This document shows, one piece after another, positions 1-12,749 of a stretch of 64,000 nucleotides of DNA. The position numbers were made by a program, and so were the translations under genes. The number at the start of each line of letters is the position of its first letter. Within the stretch, counting starts at the first letter, position 1. The notes under the pieces are model-generated. The model did not search any database, was not told the DNA's origin, and saw only the letters and a program-made list of their open reading frames with translations. The DNA is from Batkoa obscura (lineage: Eukaryota), in the NCBI GenBank assembly GCA_030770535.1, contig JASVEC010000012.1, positions 558,001 through 622,000 of the forward strand, given 5' to 3'.

Positions 1-2557
1 AATTACCATATTGATCTTGTACTAAAGAAGGAGTGAAGCGATGTATTTCATCTAACAATGGTCTCTAAAAAGATATTAATATGCGTATAAAAAGGTTAAA
101 ATATAAACTACAGTCTGTTTCTCGGTACAATGTTCAAACATTCTTTGAATTACACGGCAACCATAAGGATGAGTAGCTAAGCTAATCACTTGGCCATTGA
201 AAGAATCAATAATGAATTGAATGTTTTTAGCTGGAACTCTTTCAATTGCTTTTTGAACAACATGATTTCCATTTTGATCTTTAACACATTTAATTACATG
301 GCCTTCAATTTCTTTAACAAGTTTAGCTTGTTGATCAACGAGAATGTGCTCTATAGCCTAAGATATATAAGTAATGAATGTAACTATTTTCAATATAAAA
401 CCTACTTTTTGTACAACTCTACATCCATACATTTGAAGCGAAAGTGAAAGAATATGACCTTCCATCTGTTTTGCAAGAATAGTTTTTTGGATTTGACTCC
501 CTGATTTCTTATTAGTTATTATTTAGCTTAATATTAAAATTTATACCATGCTCGAATATCTTCTGTATAACATAGTTTCCAAAAACATCAGTCATAAGTT
601 GAATAGCATTAGGCAAGATTTCATCAAATACAATTTGCTTATCTTCACTAGACGAAGTTTCTAATTTTTGTTGAATAAATCTAGAGCCATGTTGGTCCCC
701 ACTAAACTCAACAACATGACCAATAATATCCTGAAAAGGATAAGTCTTAATTCACTCTCATTAAAATAAACTTACTCTAATTTCAAATTTCTTGTTTTTG
801 TTTACGCGAAATTCTTCTAAAATTCTACTTCTTAAGTCGTTCGCAGAATCAGTAACAGGCGGTTCATTAGTATAACGATCAAGGTTATTCTGACCTTTTT
901 GACTTAAAAGTTCGTGTTGGAGCATTAGAAGTTCGCGTGCTTGAACTAATTGATTTTGGCTATACTGTTGATTTTTGGAGAAATTAGGAGAAGAAGTATT
1001 ACCACGCAACTTATTTTCATTAGCTGAATTGGCTCGAACTGGACTGATGAATTGGTTAGAAACGGATTTTGAGCCAGGATGTGGGCGTCTAAGTTGGGAT
1101 TCATAATAGGGTTCTTTTCTTGGGGTATAATTTTGAGGTGTATTATCAAAACCCATACCATAATAACTAGCAGATCGGCCTAAAGCTGGTATAGTGCTAA
1201 AATTTTGCTCTTGGCTTTCCCAACTTTGGCTTAAATCCGAAACTATACTTTATGAGTAAAGTCAATTTAATTAATATGAATATTACCTGAACTAGTATAG
1301 CGTAAACCATTTCTTTGCTCTAAAGTTAAAGTTAGTCATAGATATTTAATAATCATATCATTTACTATTAGCAAAAGGTGCATGGTAAGTTTGATACATT
1401 TTGCGATATTGAATATCTTGGTACAGCGTTTCCTCCTAAACCAGTATTAGTATGTATAATTATGGGTAGTAAAGTGTATATACATCATTATCATCTTCAA
1501 GAGAAAGACCATTAAAGTTCTTGAACATCTCATCATAACCCTCTTCTCTGTTATTCATTCCAAATTGTGAGTTGTTTGCTGCTTGTTGTAATTGGAAAGG
1601 TGGAGTAGAAGATGAACGTTGTGGTGGAGAAAGTCTATTTTTAAAACCAGGAAAAGCAAATTTTGGCAACTCATCTTTAGGTGAATCAGCATAAACATTA
1701 GAACCGTATGTCCAAATATCATGTTGTGAAGATGACTCATGCTTATAGAACGGGGGATTGATGTTATCATTTGAGTTGTTGACATCACCATAATAGCTTT
1801 CTCTATTCAACAGACTTGAATTTTTTGATAATCTTCTTGGCTGATCAATAGATCCTGGAGAAGGTGTTCTAATTATACTCTAAAAATATGTTATAAAGGC
1901 TCAAATTGTTATAAAGTTATACCTCTTGGTTCATATCGAAGCGTGGTTTCATTTGACCATTTAGAGAGCGACCTTCATTTCGGAAGTTCCCCCATTCTGG
2001 AGCAGGCTCAAACTGATTAAAAGCACTTTCATTCTAAAAGTATGAGATAATTGCACAGTATTTTATTATTATTACCGTTGCTTGGTTTAGCCAAGAGTTT
2101 TTTCCTGAAGAGTTGTATGAGATATCTATTTATTAAAGTTTAGAAATGACCTAAATATCAGAAAAGTAAAAATACCCGATGAACTTTTGAGTGATGAACC
2201 CCAGCTATCTCTTTGATACTGATTATAACTATTAGGTTTATTATTAGTGTTCATATATGAATCGGAAGTTTCAATAGTATTCTTAAAGGGGTTAAATAGT
2301 TGTTTTATATTCTAGTTAATAAGTTTACTTCAAAGCGATTAAGGAAACTAGCGATTTGAGGATTCGAATCGTTGTTTTTACTTGGCCTACTCTGAATTAA
2401 TTCCGAATCAAACTGCTCTTCTTCTAGAGACTTCTAAAAGTCTGTTATTTTACTGCTATTATTTATTAAATATTATTACCTTATGCGATAGATCAAAAGG
2501 TTTATATTGATTAAACCCAAAATTTGAGTTGGGAGGAATGAAATTTCTCTCCGACAT
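1..2557 (-). CDS. Pumilio/PUF-family RNA-binding protein (Puf3/PUM-like), multi-exon, 3' end runs off the window start
   Basis: Spliced minus-strand exons read [47 protein letters not shown]...[17 protein letters not shown]...YGCRVVQK, which are PUF repeats. Low-complexity N-terminus. Probable ATG at 2557 followed by GT-AG introns. Confidence 0.9.
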
Positions 2558-3637
2558 TATAAACAGGTATTAAAATACAATATACAGTTATATATCAGCA
2601 AAACTTTATAGATATTTTTTTGATCCAGCAAGAATGAAAACTTAACTCTTTATCCGCTATAATACTGCTTTTACTCCACCCACAACTAATCATAACGCTG
2701 GAATTTGACTTTAAAATGAGCCAATCATAGCTGGTTGAATCAATTGAACGTAATATTGTGCTGTAAAATTTTAGAACAAAATTTTCAAAACAAACAAAAA
2801 TTAGATCAAGGCTCACTTTTGCACTTTAGAAATTTAAGGCTGTTCTAACAATACCTCCTCTTAGTAAGCATTAATTTACAATTATGATTAAATTAGAATT
2901 AAAATAATTTTATTATTGTTGTCGTTTTGCTATTTTTGTAGTATTGCTAATTTATTAATACAAACAATTAAAAATTTATATTTATTATTATGTTGTTTTA
3001 TAACTATAGTAAAATTAGGAATATAAAGTTTATTTTTTAATATGGACAGACATGCATCAAAATGCAGAATCAGGTTATTTAAAAGTTAACTTAAGAATAA
3101 GCTTGGTCATGTCACAATTCTAAGAAATGAAATTTGTTATATTAAATTTTTTTTATAAAACATTAAATTAAAGTCATTACCTGTTCATTGTTTTATATAA
3201 TAATGCTATTACCTTTTTCTATTAGAAAATGTGTTAATATAAAAGTTAACAACTCACTAATATTAAAAACTGAGATTATAGTTGATTAAGTACAATGATG
3301 TGATTTAGATTATTATTAAAATGAAAGGAATAACATTTAATTTAATTTGTTACCTGTATAAAATCATCATTGATAATTTTTAAAGCAAGTACTAAGGTTT
3401 GCCAATTATTTACTGTTATACTTTTACAATAATTAGTGCGATAAGATTTACATTTTTGAATCCTCTATTTTTAATATTCTATTGACTGCGATAATTTGAT
3501 ATTACTGTTATTATACAGGAACATAAGATAATTAACTACCACTCTATTTAGAATATGCTTATACTTTACCCTTTTTTAATTGGTCGGAAATTTTAACTAT
3601 AAGCTAAATGGCTAAAATTGATGACTTAGATTTTTAA

Positions 3638-4973
3638 ATGAATTATACAATTGAAAAAGTAGCAAATAATCCAGAAAATGGAGGTTCGATGGACTCTATA
3701 AGTTCTATTCGGTTACCAGATGAAATTATAAGGTACCTTATGAGATGTGAAGATGAAGATCCAACCGCATACTTTGACACCAATCGAAAAGTATTTATTA
3801 TGGGGGATTACGAATATGATTATCAAATTTTAGATACAAATACTTGTCGGACAGTATACTCACTAGATGATACTAATAGAATTTGCCAAAATGTGGGCCT
3901 TATTAGTAAAGACTGTAGGCTTAACTTTTCTTCGAAACGATTGACTCCATATGCAATAGATAGGCTGAGCAGAGAGCAACCTAATTCTAATTCTCGAGAG
4001 AGTGTTAACGAATTTGGTAGTAGAGATAGCAATTTAAAACCAATAACACCAATTGAGGTCCGTGGTAATAGAGGAGTAAACTTAACTACCGGAAGCTTGA
4101 GGGAAGCTGATGCCACAATAATTAATCAAAAAGCAGCTTCAACTAATGGTAATAGTTATGGCAATAACCATATTAATCACGTGAAAAGTAATCAAAAAGT
4201 AAACGATGAGAAACATCCAAATAATGAAATTAAAAGATCAAATGGCAATTTACAAGTCAATTTATCAGCCAAAATGAGCAAATCACCAACAAATAAAAGG
4301 AAAGGTTCTATTTCAAAACAAAGTCCTATCAATAATAAAGAAGATAGACACAGAAATGAAGTTAGCGCTGTAAATAATAGCACCAATAGGAAAGTTAAGC
4401 ATTACGTTAGTGATGAGGATTTATTTGGCGAAAGAAGTCAAGTCTCGCCGAAGGGTAGTGATGAATCACCAACTATAAAAAGGATGAAAATGGATGCTTC
4501 AGTTGAAAATTCAAATGGTAAAAGAATAATCATTTCACCCCATGTGGATGAACCAATATTTTCAAAAGGTAATTATAAATTAAAATAAATATTTAATCAG
4601 TTAATCAAAATTAGGAGATGAATTTTATTACGATTTAGAAAAAGAAGAAGTATCCGCTTATCTAATGAGATTTGTAAGGTTAAAAGAAAAACTTAGCATT
4701 AAAGTAGCTGAATATGAAAAACATGCGACTAGGGCCGTTAAGTTTATTTCTCAAGCTAACCAATTTAAATCTAAGCTTGAAAGGGAGCAAGGAGAAGACT
4801 CAGTTGACATTGAACTTAGGAGAGAAGCTTATAAATTTATTGAAAGCAATAGATTATCCCATGCCAACACCATTAAGACTTTAATGTCACTTTCCAGGGA
4901 AGTTGAAGAATTACGATCACTTGTTGAAACTGTACAAATTTATTTTGCAAGTCTAAATGCTCCAATTTTATGA
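3638..4973 (+). CDS. Hypothetical protein, 2 exons (intron ~4569-4614); possibly a divergent ELL-like elongation factor
   Basis: ORFs 3638-4588 and 4665-4973 are joined by a GTAATT...TTAG intron. Globular N-terminus, N/S/K-rich middle with a KRMK NLS-like motif, helical C-terminus. Product is inference only. Confidence 0.7.
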
Positions 4974-5789
4974 ATTGATACTTTTAGCTATAAAATTAAT
5001 TTTATAAAGAGTACTCATCGCTATAATTTAAAAGACTTTTGGATTCTAAGAATTTATTTGTTTCACCGTGTACTTATAAATTTTAATTTGTGCTTTTATT
5101 TGAAATTCCGATTTTTAAGGTTTAATGGTTTTTGATATTTTATAAGTACAAGAGTCATATTTAATAGTAAAGTTTCACGATTTGTAAATAAATGAATGGA
5201 GTCTTATTATGGTATACCAAAAGAGAGGTTCATTGTACTATTTCTTCGTAACAAACAAAACACTTAGGGCTCTATGACTTTTCAAGCAAAGTAAGTAAAC
5301 TACCCAAGCTCTTATATTGCCCCCAGAAGATCAATTTTTACGCTCTTTTTATTGCGACAATTGAAGCACTTGAAGTTTTACGACTTTTTGAGAGGTAAAA
5401 TAAATAGTTGTTCTATTAAATAATATGAGTAATCTTTATTATTTTAAATAAAACTAGAACTTTAATTTTAATAATGATAGATTTCATAAGCTTTGTAAGT
5501 TATAGCATTATTTAAGTATTTTTATAATGTTATTCTGAGTTTAAATTTTGTAAATGTAAGTATTACTCTGTCTTTTATTCTTTTATTAACATTAAAGCTT
5601 TAGAGCTAAAAAATAATAATGTCTACATATAATAATTGTAAAATAGCGTACAGAAATATACTAAAGAAACTAAAGTTTCATAAAGCTTATTACAAGCTAA
5701 ATTAGCTCCAGAGAACCATTACCATCCAAGACTTTTAAAAAATTAACTTAAAGGAAATGAAAGAAAGGCTACATGGATATTGGCGGTAT

Positions 5790-5888
5790 GAGGGTGTTTT
5801 TTTTGGCTTCATTACTTTTTCCATCTTTTAAGCGCCATTTGAGCGAGAAAATTATAAGTAAAATTCTTAAACACAAAAACACATCCCC
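5790..5888 (-). mobile_element. ~100-bp MITE family A, copy 1
   Basis: GAGGGTGTTTTTTTTGGCTTCATT...AAACACAAAAACACATCCCC matches the six other copies in the window. Imperfect terminal inverted repeats. Confidence 0.8.
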
Positions 5889-6008
5889 ATAACTTATCAA
5901 AATAGTCTAGTAAAACACAAAAACATTTTAAAAGCACTAATATCTATGAAGATTTCATAATAAACAACTTAATTCTAAAAACATTTTATTTACAATCTAT
6001 TTGAATGG

Positions 6009-7667
6009 TTAGCCTGGAGGAAATGAAAGTATAGTAATATGTATATTCGCAGTATGGGCAAACATAGCCAACTTGTAAATTTCCTTTATATAATCGATTC
6101 CTTTATCGAAAATAAGGTTGAAATTGATCTTACTTCTATGCTTATAACGTAGAATAAAATACAGAGAACAACAAATCATATCTAATCCCAGATCAAACAT
6201 TTTATAAAACGGTAGTTTGACACCATAATAAATTGTAAGATAACATCCCATCAAGGTTATGTTTAGATAATCAATAGCTGAACCACTCGTATTATTATCT
6301 AACTTGCTTTTCTTAGCTGGATTGAAGTACTCCAAACTATTTAGATAATGTACAATGTAACTTGTTATATATAAAATATGAGATTGACAATCAAGGATTG
6401 AAAAATTGTTATCTTTATTATCAAATTTTAAGTTTAATAAAATAAGTAATGTAATGTATTTTTTTTGTAACTTTTTTGCTTTTGATATCAAATCAAGGTT
6501 TGAATTGGTAGGCATTTCATTCAATTTACTTGGATTCATATATTTCTCCTTTAATAACCTTGTTAAAAATAATATATATCCCAACTCATTATAAAATGAA
6601 GTCAATATCAGACTCCAATAGAAAGCCACATCTTTATTGAGTAGTAATTGAATATTTGATTCATTCAATAAATCTAGCATAACAATTTTAAATATTTTGT
6701 TAAGATATTGTAGTTGATAAGGTTGAGACATATAAGATCCATACATGATTCTTGTAAACATAGTAAATGCTATTAAACTTGAGTACGTCATCACTCTTTC
6801 AATATTTTGTACCTCTTCTAATTTGTTGATTAATTTATGAAGTCCTAATGCCAAAGCTACCTTTTCACAATAAACAATATAAATATTACGCTTATCAAGG
6901 ATCCAAGGACAGGAATAAAAACCATTTAAAAATATCAATACAGCTTGTAAATTTTGTAAAGTGATTGGAATTCTATGAGGGTATTTAAATTGTTCATGTA
7001 TTCTAGAATGAAATAAATCAAATAAATAGCTTGTCATTTCATTTCTTTCCATATGATTTAACCCTGCTAGTAAGATACACATTCTTAATAATAAGCTCTT
7101 TGAATTAAAGTCAAAGTATGATTTAATAAATATTGGAAATATATAATTATTGTACTGAAAATAGTTCTCATATGCTTGTGATAATATACTATTTAAATCT
7201 TTAATTTCTCTAATTAAAACTGGTAATTGAAACTTTTTCTTTTTAGTGGGAAGTATACCAAAAAAATCAAAAATTGGTATCATTGTTGAAACATCAAAAT
7301 CCGATACAAATGGATTAATACATTGTAAACAAGTCATCGTATTTTGTAATACATATTTGAATGGAAACTTTGCAAATGTATAAATAGGTGTATAAATTAG
7401 ATTGAAGTTTTTTGGTAGTAAAATAATCTGTGGTTCATGTCTTAGAAATAATAATGAAGAGTTGGTTGTTTTAGTCTCCTTTTTGACTTTAAACATTGAT
7501 ATCTTATCTTCTATATAATGTAAATTCTTCTTCACTATTGCTTTCCTTACATAACTACAATCACTGAATATTTTAGTACATCTTGAACATTTTGGCATAA
7601 GTCTATCGCATGCTCGATGCCCTTTAAAACATTGATCACACCTATTGGGATTTTTAGTCTGGCACAT
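6009..7667 (-). CDS. Zn(II)2Cys6 fungal transcription factor, intronless, 552 aa
   Basis: N-terminal CDQCFKGHRACDRLMPKCSRCTKIFSDC (C-x2-C-x6-C-x6-C-x2-C-x6-C), followed by a middle-homology-like region (YFQYNNYIFPIF, ALALGLHK). Confidence 0.9.
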   Translation of the reverse strand: MCQTKNPNRCDQCFKGHRACDRLMPKCSRCTKIFSDCSYVRKAIVKKNLHYIEDKISMFKVKKETKTTNSSLLFLRHEPQIILLPKNFNLIYTPIYTFAKFPFKYVLQNTMTCLQCINPFVSDFDVSTMIPIFDFFGILPTKKKKFQLPVLIREIKDLNSILSQAYENYFQYNNYIFPIFIKSYFDFNSKSLLLRMCILLAGLNHMERNEMTSYLFDLFHSRIHEQFKYPHRIPITLQNLQAVLIFLNGFYSCPWILDKRNIYIVYCEKVALALGLHKLINKLEEVQNIERVMTYSSLIAFTMFTRIMYGSYMSQPYQLQYLNKIFKIVMLDLLNESNIQLLLNKDVAFYWSLILTSFYNELGYILFLTRLLKEKYMNPSKLNEMPTNSNLDLISKAKKLQKKYITLLILLNLKFDNKDNNFSILDCQSHILYITSYIVHYLNSLEYFNPAKKSKLDNNTSGSAIDYLNITLMGCYLTIYYGVKLPFYKMFDLGLDMICCSLYFILRYKHRSKINFNLIFDKGIDYIKEIYKLAMFAHTANIHITILSFPPG

Positions 7668-8670
7668 GAATTTTTAATTGATAACAAGTTCAAGAAGTTC
7701 ATTGAATTTTTTCGATAAAATCAAAAAAATTATCTCCTTAATGATTATATTCTAGTTACTTTGAATTAAATTAAGGTTCTATTATTTAATTCTAAAATTG
7801 AATTATTGCATAAAATCCTCATTCTAGGCTGTTTTGACTTATTTTAGCCAATAAAATCATATCATAAATTAATTGCTCTTTTAATTTTTATTAGGTTTAT
7901 TTAATTTAGTTCATTTGTTATAAATCAATCTTTTTTTAATATATTAAACTTTACTTTAACTATTAAAATTAGTTTTTAATTCCCTTTTTCCTTAATAAAG
8001 AGATACTTCATTTATTAAATACTAAATGAACAAAAGTAGGGGACAAATAAAGTAACTTAATTGTAATTCATTAGCAATCTTATCCATAACAAAGTCAATA
8101 AATGAATCTGCATTTTGCTTTACTTAATTAAAGTTAAATTTTTTAGATTTTATAATTAAGTAGTTTATCTATATCATCATATATTCTCTCCACTCTAAAA
8201 TTGAACTGAATTTTAAGCAAAGATGAAAGCTACCTTTTATCAAACTTTCAAGTATGCTTTTAATAACATCTTAGCATTACGTATAAAGAACTTTTATTTT
8301 ATTAACCTTTAATTTAAATTAATAGAATTTGATTTTAATTATAATAGACAATTCTTGATTCCAAAACATTATACTAACTTACTATATTATTTGAGCATTT
8401 TACATCATATTGATATAAATTTAAACAAAATAATAAAACATTGAAATCATTAAATCTCTACTTTCTTGTTGAAATAAATATACAAAAGACTATTTAATGT
8501 ATTTTAGGTTTTTAATTGATAATCAAGGAACAGCAAAAGAAGACATAACATGATCGAAGATAATAAAGGGGGATACTGATTAATGAAGAGGGTAGTATAC
8601 AAATTAAAAAAGCATAAAATATAGTAGTTGAATAATAGTAGAGCGTTTTACATCTGAATAAATCCCACCC

Positions 8671-9420
8671 TTAAGCAGGTGGTAGCTTTTTAAATGTGGA
8701 ATTGTGTTTACACTTTGGATCCGTCTTAGCCAATAGTTGATGTAAAATCAAAGCATCATTTTGTAAGCCTGAGATTTTCAAATAAAGAGAATGATTTTCT
8801 TGATTCATTAAATGGATGGATTCAACATGATTTTCAGTCTTTAATTTCCTACGCTCTCGAGATCTCAATGCTGCTAACCGATTTCTTGCTCTTTTTAAAG
8901 CACAACTATCTTTAACTTGACTATCTAAGATAAGTGACTCATCTAAAGAATATCTTCTTACTTGTTGTTTACTTGAAACTTGGATACCATCTATTTCACT
9001 CAATGAAAAGGAACGAGGTTTAAATCGGGGCTTTTCTTCTTTTCCTTCTCTAAGGAATAGGGGATTGTTCTCAATAGTAGGTGAATAAGCTATATTATTA
9101 CTCATTAATTGATCAGGTGTATCACCCTTTGAAGTATCAATAACTGCTTCATTTATGCTCTCAATAAATGGGTTACATGTAACTAATTGATTTGAAAAAG
9201 TATCACAGCTGTAATCATTAATTATATCTTTATCAAAAGATATATTATTTAATTGTTCATTTAATTGATGATAAATAAAAGGCATAGAACAGAAGGATTG
9301 ATTGATACAAGGAGTATATGAAGGTTCATTCAATAATGTAGAGGGTAAATCGGTAGAAAACACAATATCGTCTTGGTTTAAATAATTCAAATCGTTATCA
9401 CAAAGAGTACTAAAATTCAT
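8671..9420 (-). CDS. bZIP transcription factor, copy A (basic-region Ser variant)
   Basis: KRARNRLAALRSRERRK basic region followed by a heptad zipper (V..M..L..L..L). Acidic N-terminus. RRYS PKA-type site. Confidence 0.9.
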   Translation of the reverse strand: MNFSTLCDNDLNYLNQDDIVFSTDLPSTLLNEPSYTPCINQSFCSMPFIYHQLNEQLNNISFDKDIINDYSCDTFSNQLVTCNPFIESINEAVIDTSKGDTPDQLMSNNIAYSPTIENNPLFLREGKEEKPRFKPRSFSLSEIDGIQVSSKQQVRRYSLDESLILDSQVKDSCALKRARNRLAALRSRERRKLKTENHVESIHLMNQENHSLYLKISGLQNDALILHQLLAKTDPKCKHNSTFKKLPPA

Positions 9421-10722
9421 TTGAAGTTTAGTTTTTATCGTAAATGAAGTGTAAAGAAAGTAGAAGTACCATTTATATGGCGTTTCGTTTTTGTAAGCTT
9501 ATTCAATTGATTGATGTAATCGGTTTTGAATTTAAGGATAGTACTTAAGGTACTTTCTCAAGTTAAGCATTATAACTTATGTTTTGATTATTTCTTACTA
9601 AGACATTGAAATAGATTATAGATAAGAAAACTAAGGTAACAATTAATATTAATGCTTATTATATATTTAATTTTAAAGTAATTATGAATTATTATTCTTT
9701 AAGTAAATAAAGTATATTTTAAAAGAATGAATTTTAATTTAATCATAATAATAAATATTATATTTAATAAAAATATTTCATTTTCATTTAATAACTTAGT
9801 TTTCAATCAATTTCATATAAACATGTTAAATATTAAAATTTCATTTCAAAAACTTACTTTTTAATATTTTTAACTTTCAAATAATTTGAAATAAAGATAA
9901 TTAATTTTTGAATTGAAAATTTGATTTAATTTAATTTAATTTAATTTAATTTAATTTAATTTATAATAACAAATGTTTTTAATATACTTTAAATTGTAAT
10001 AGAAATAAAATATTAAAATATTAAAATATTAAAATATTAAGATGTTAAGATATAAATGAATATTAAAAACTAGTTTATACTTCATCTATCAGGATACTTA
10101 ATCAAATTGTTTACTCTGAAATATAATTCTATAATTGAACTGAATTTAATATAAATTAAATGCATTTTAGAAAGTGATTTAAAAAATATCAATATTAAAG
10201 TTATTATTATTATTTAATGATGTATATATTAAGTAAGGATATAAAATATAGTAAATTAATGCATTTTATACTTATATAAAGTATATAAACGATTGAATCT
10301 CTTCCTTTTAATCTCTTATTATTCAGATTTATTTTATTATTTATTTTTAAAATAAATTCTACTTTTGAGTCTTATTAGTTATATTAATTTATTAAACTTA
10401 ATTTAAATTATACTATTTATTTTATATTTATTTAAGAAGACTTTAAAACTCTCCATTTCTATTGGCTAAACATTGAACTTACCTTATATCAACTCATCAG
10501 TTAGTATATCACTAAGCTTAAGGACTTCAAAGTCTTGCATTTATATATATGGTACTGCCACCATCTCATTTATACTTTTTTCTAAGCCGATAATGGTAGA
10601 GAATATTCCAAATATAGAAAACTCAAATTATGGAGAATGTTGAGCTAAGCAAATACCCTTAATTATCTAAACATTATTTTAAAATATTGAAAGGAATTGG
10701 ATAAAATACCTTTTAATAAAAA

Positions 10723-11416
10723 ATGACAATTCGAAGTGTTTATTTTATTATTTTACCATTAAGTTTATTATCTTATGTATTAATAGTCATCAATAGTTTT
10801 TATGGGAATTTTATTGAAGTTATAAAGATGAATTCAAAAGGGGATTTCACTAGAATTGAATATGGGATGTATTTTAAATGTAGTTACAAATATCAATTGA
10901 ATAAAATTGAAAAATTTTCATATCAATGTCAATTGATACCCGACTTTTCAGATGCCATTTGTAAAAAGAATTTTGATGTTTGTTTATTATGGCAAGTTAT
11001 TGGGTCTTTAAATATGTTAGCTTTATTTATTGGTTTATTTCTATTTTCATTAAATATAAATATACTATTGGGGAAATCAAGATTTCGATCAATAGGTTGG
11101 GTATTGCTATTGATTAATTTAGCTGTGTATGGTAAATTATACTAACATATTGAATTAAGTTAAGTTTTATTTTATTAATTGAATTTTATTAGGCATTTCA
11201 AAATTAATTATATTACTCGCAATTAATAATATAAATAGTAGATTTGATAATAGTGACTGGATCAAAATTGATTTTGGTTATAGTTTTTATACTATAACAA
11301 TTAGTTTATCTATTGATTTTTTCATATTATTACTTTTAATTTTATCCCATTGTTTAATTAAATTTTATTTTCAAAAGCGTCAAAATTTAAATTATCAAAG
11401 TATAAATATCAATTAG
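10723..11416 (+). CDS. Four-TM claudin/SUR7-PalI-like membrane protein, 2 exons
   Basis: N-terminal TM, YGMYFKC...C...C...C extracellular loop, further TMs. Intron ~11132-11192 (GTAAAT...TTAG). Exon 2 ends ...QSININ* at 11416. Confidence 0.65.
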
Positions 11417-11507
11417 GCCATTATAAAAATACAACAATTAATTTAAATAAGTTAAAATTATGTAAAATAAAAATAAATCATCTGTTTTTATTTTCTTGTT
11501 GAATATT

Positions 11508-12460
11508 CTATGCTTTTTGATTCTTATTTGCTTTTTTTGCTTTCTTTCCTTTATTTTATAATATTAATATAAGAAATTAAACTTGAATTTCATATCTAAA
11601 ATTACCTAATTTTTCAGTTTCTATATTGCTTATTTTTACTTCTCTTTTTTTATTTTCATTAACTTGATCTTCGAACAAATTTAATACTAATACATCTAAA
11701 AAATAAAAATAAATTACCTTTTTTGTTTTCATTAACTTCTTTTTTATCTTTGATCTTAATATTATCTATTGCTTTAGATTCATTATTATTTTGATTTTGT
11801 TGATTCTTTTTTCCTTTTTGATTTTGATTCTTATTTTGTTTAACTTGTACTTTCTTATCTACTACTTTAGTACTATCTTCAGTTTTAGATACTTCTTTAT
11901 CATCAGCTTCATGTTTATCCTTATTATCAGCGTTATTAATCACATTTAAATTTTCAATTTGTTTTTCATCTAAAATCAATTTAATTATTCATTTGAATTG
12001 ATTATTTAATTAATTTACCATTCCCATCCTTCAATTCATTCATCAACATTGCTCTCCTTTCTCTTCTTGCTACTCTCACCCTTTTTTTCTTTGGTTTATT
12101 TTCCTTTTTCTCCAAAGCTCTTTTTCTTAACATATGTTTTTTAGAATTCAAATGAAGCTCCAAATCTTGTTTTTTATGAAACAATTTATTGGGACATAAT
12201 TCACACTTCAATTCTTTATTTTCAGATAGTTCTCCAGCTATACTTTTGGCTATTAATTGTAACTCTTCTTCTGTAATGTTGAGATCGGTTAAATCTTCTT
12301 GGGTGATGGATTCATTCGAGTTGGAAGAATTTTCATTGTCAGATACTTCAGATCCTAATGGACTTTTGTTTGAGCTATCATCCGATTCATTCTCACTACC
12401 ACTATCCGAATCCCATCCCTCTTCTTTAACTTTAATTGCTTTTTCAATCCTTTTAAACAT
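11508..12460 (-). CDS. Acidic/basic protein with one C2H2 (matrin/U1-type-like) zinc finger, multi-exon
   Basis: CELCPNKLFHKKQDLELHLNSKKH motif. ORFs 12002-12460 and 11659-11979 are joined by GT-AG introns. K-rich tail with a probable stop at 11508. Confidence 0.7.
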
Positions 12461-12592
12461 TCTTATTTATTTAAAGAAAAGGAAAATAGAAAAAAATCAA
12501 TTTTCAACTAATTAAAACTATTATACTTGAGAAAAACTCACTTATTGAAAATTCTATCTCCAACTAAAATAACAAAAAAATAAAACGATAGT

Positions 12593-12696
12593 TTAATTGA
12601 TACTTTTTAATAGATAATCAAAGATACATACAATAGTAGATAAAGCAACAATAGCCATTGTCCTAAATAAAAAAACAAATTCGTTTAAAAAAAATA

Positions 12697-12749
<53 letters not shown>

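Larger units (their letters stand above)
5889..10561 (-). repeat. Left arm of ~4.7-kb inverted duplication (partner 18200-22881)
   Basis: Reverse complement aligns to 18200-22881. The coordinate sum is a constant 28761 from the bZIP stop to the inner boundary. 8862-10561 appears identical to 18200-19899. Confidence 0.93.

Noticed and set aside
5200..5400. Possible IS630/Tc1 transposase relic on the minus strand (KIDLLGAI*ELG...)
   Set aside because: Only a few residues of resemblance with multiple stops. It cannot be supported without a search.
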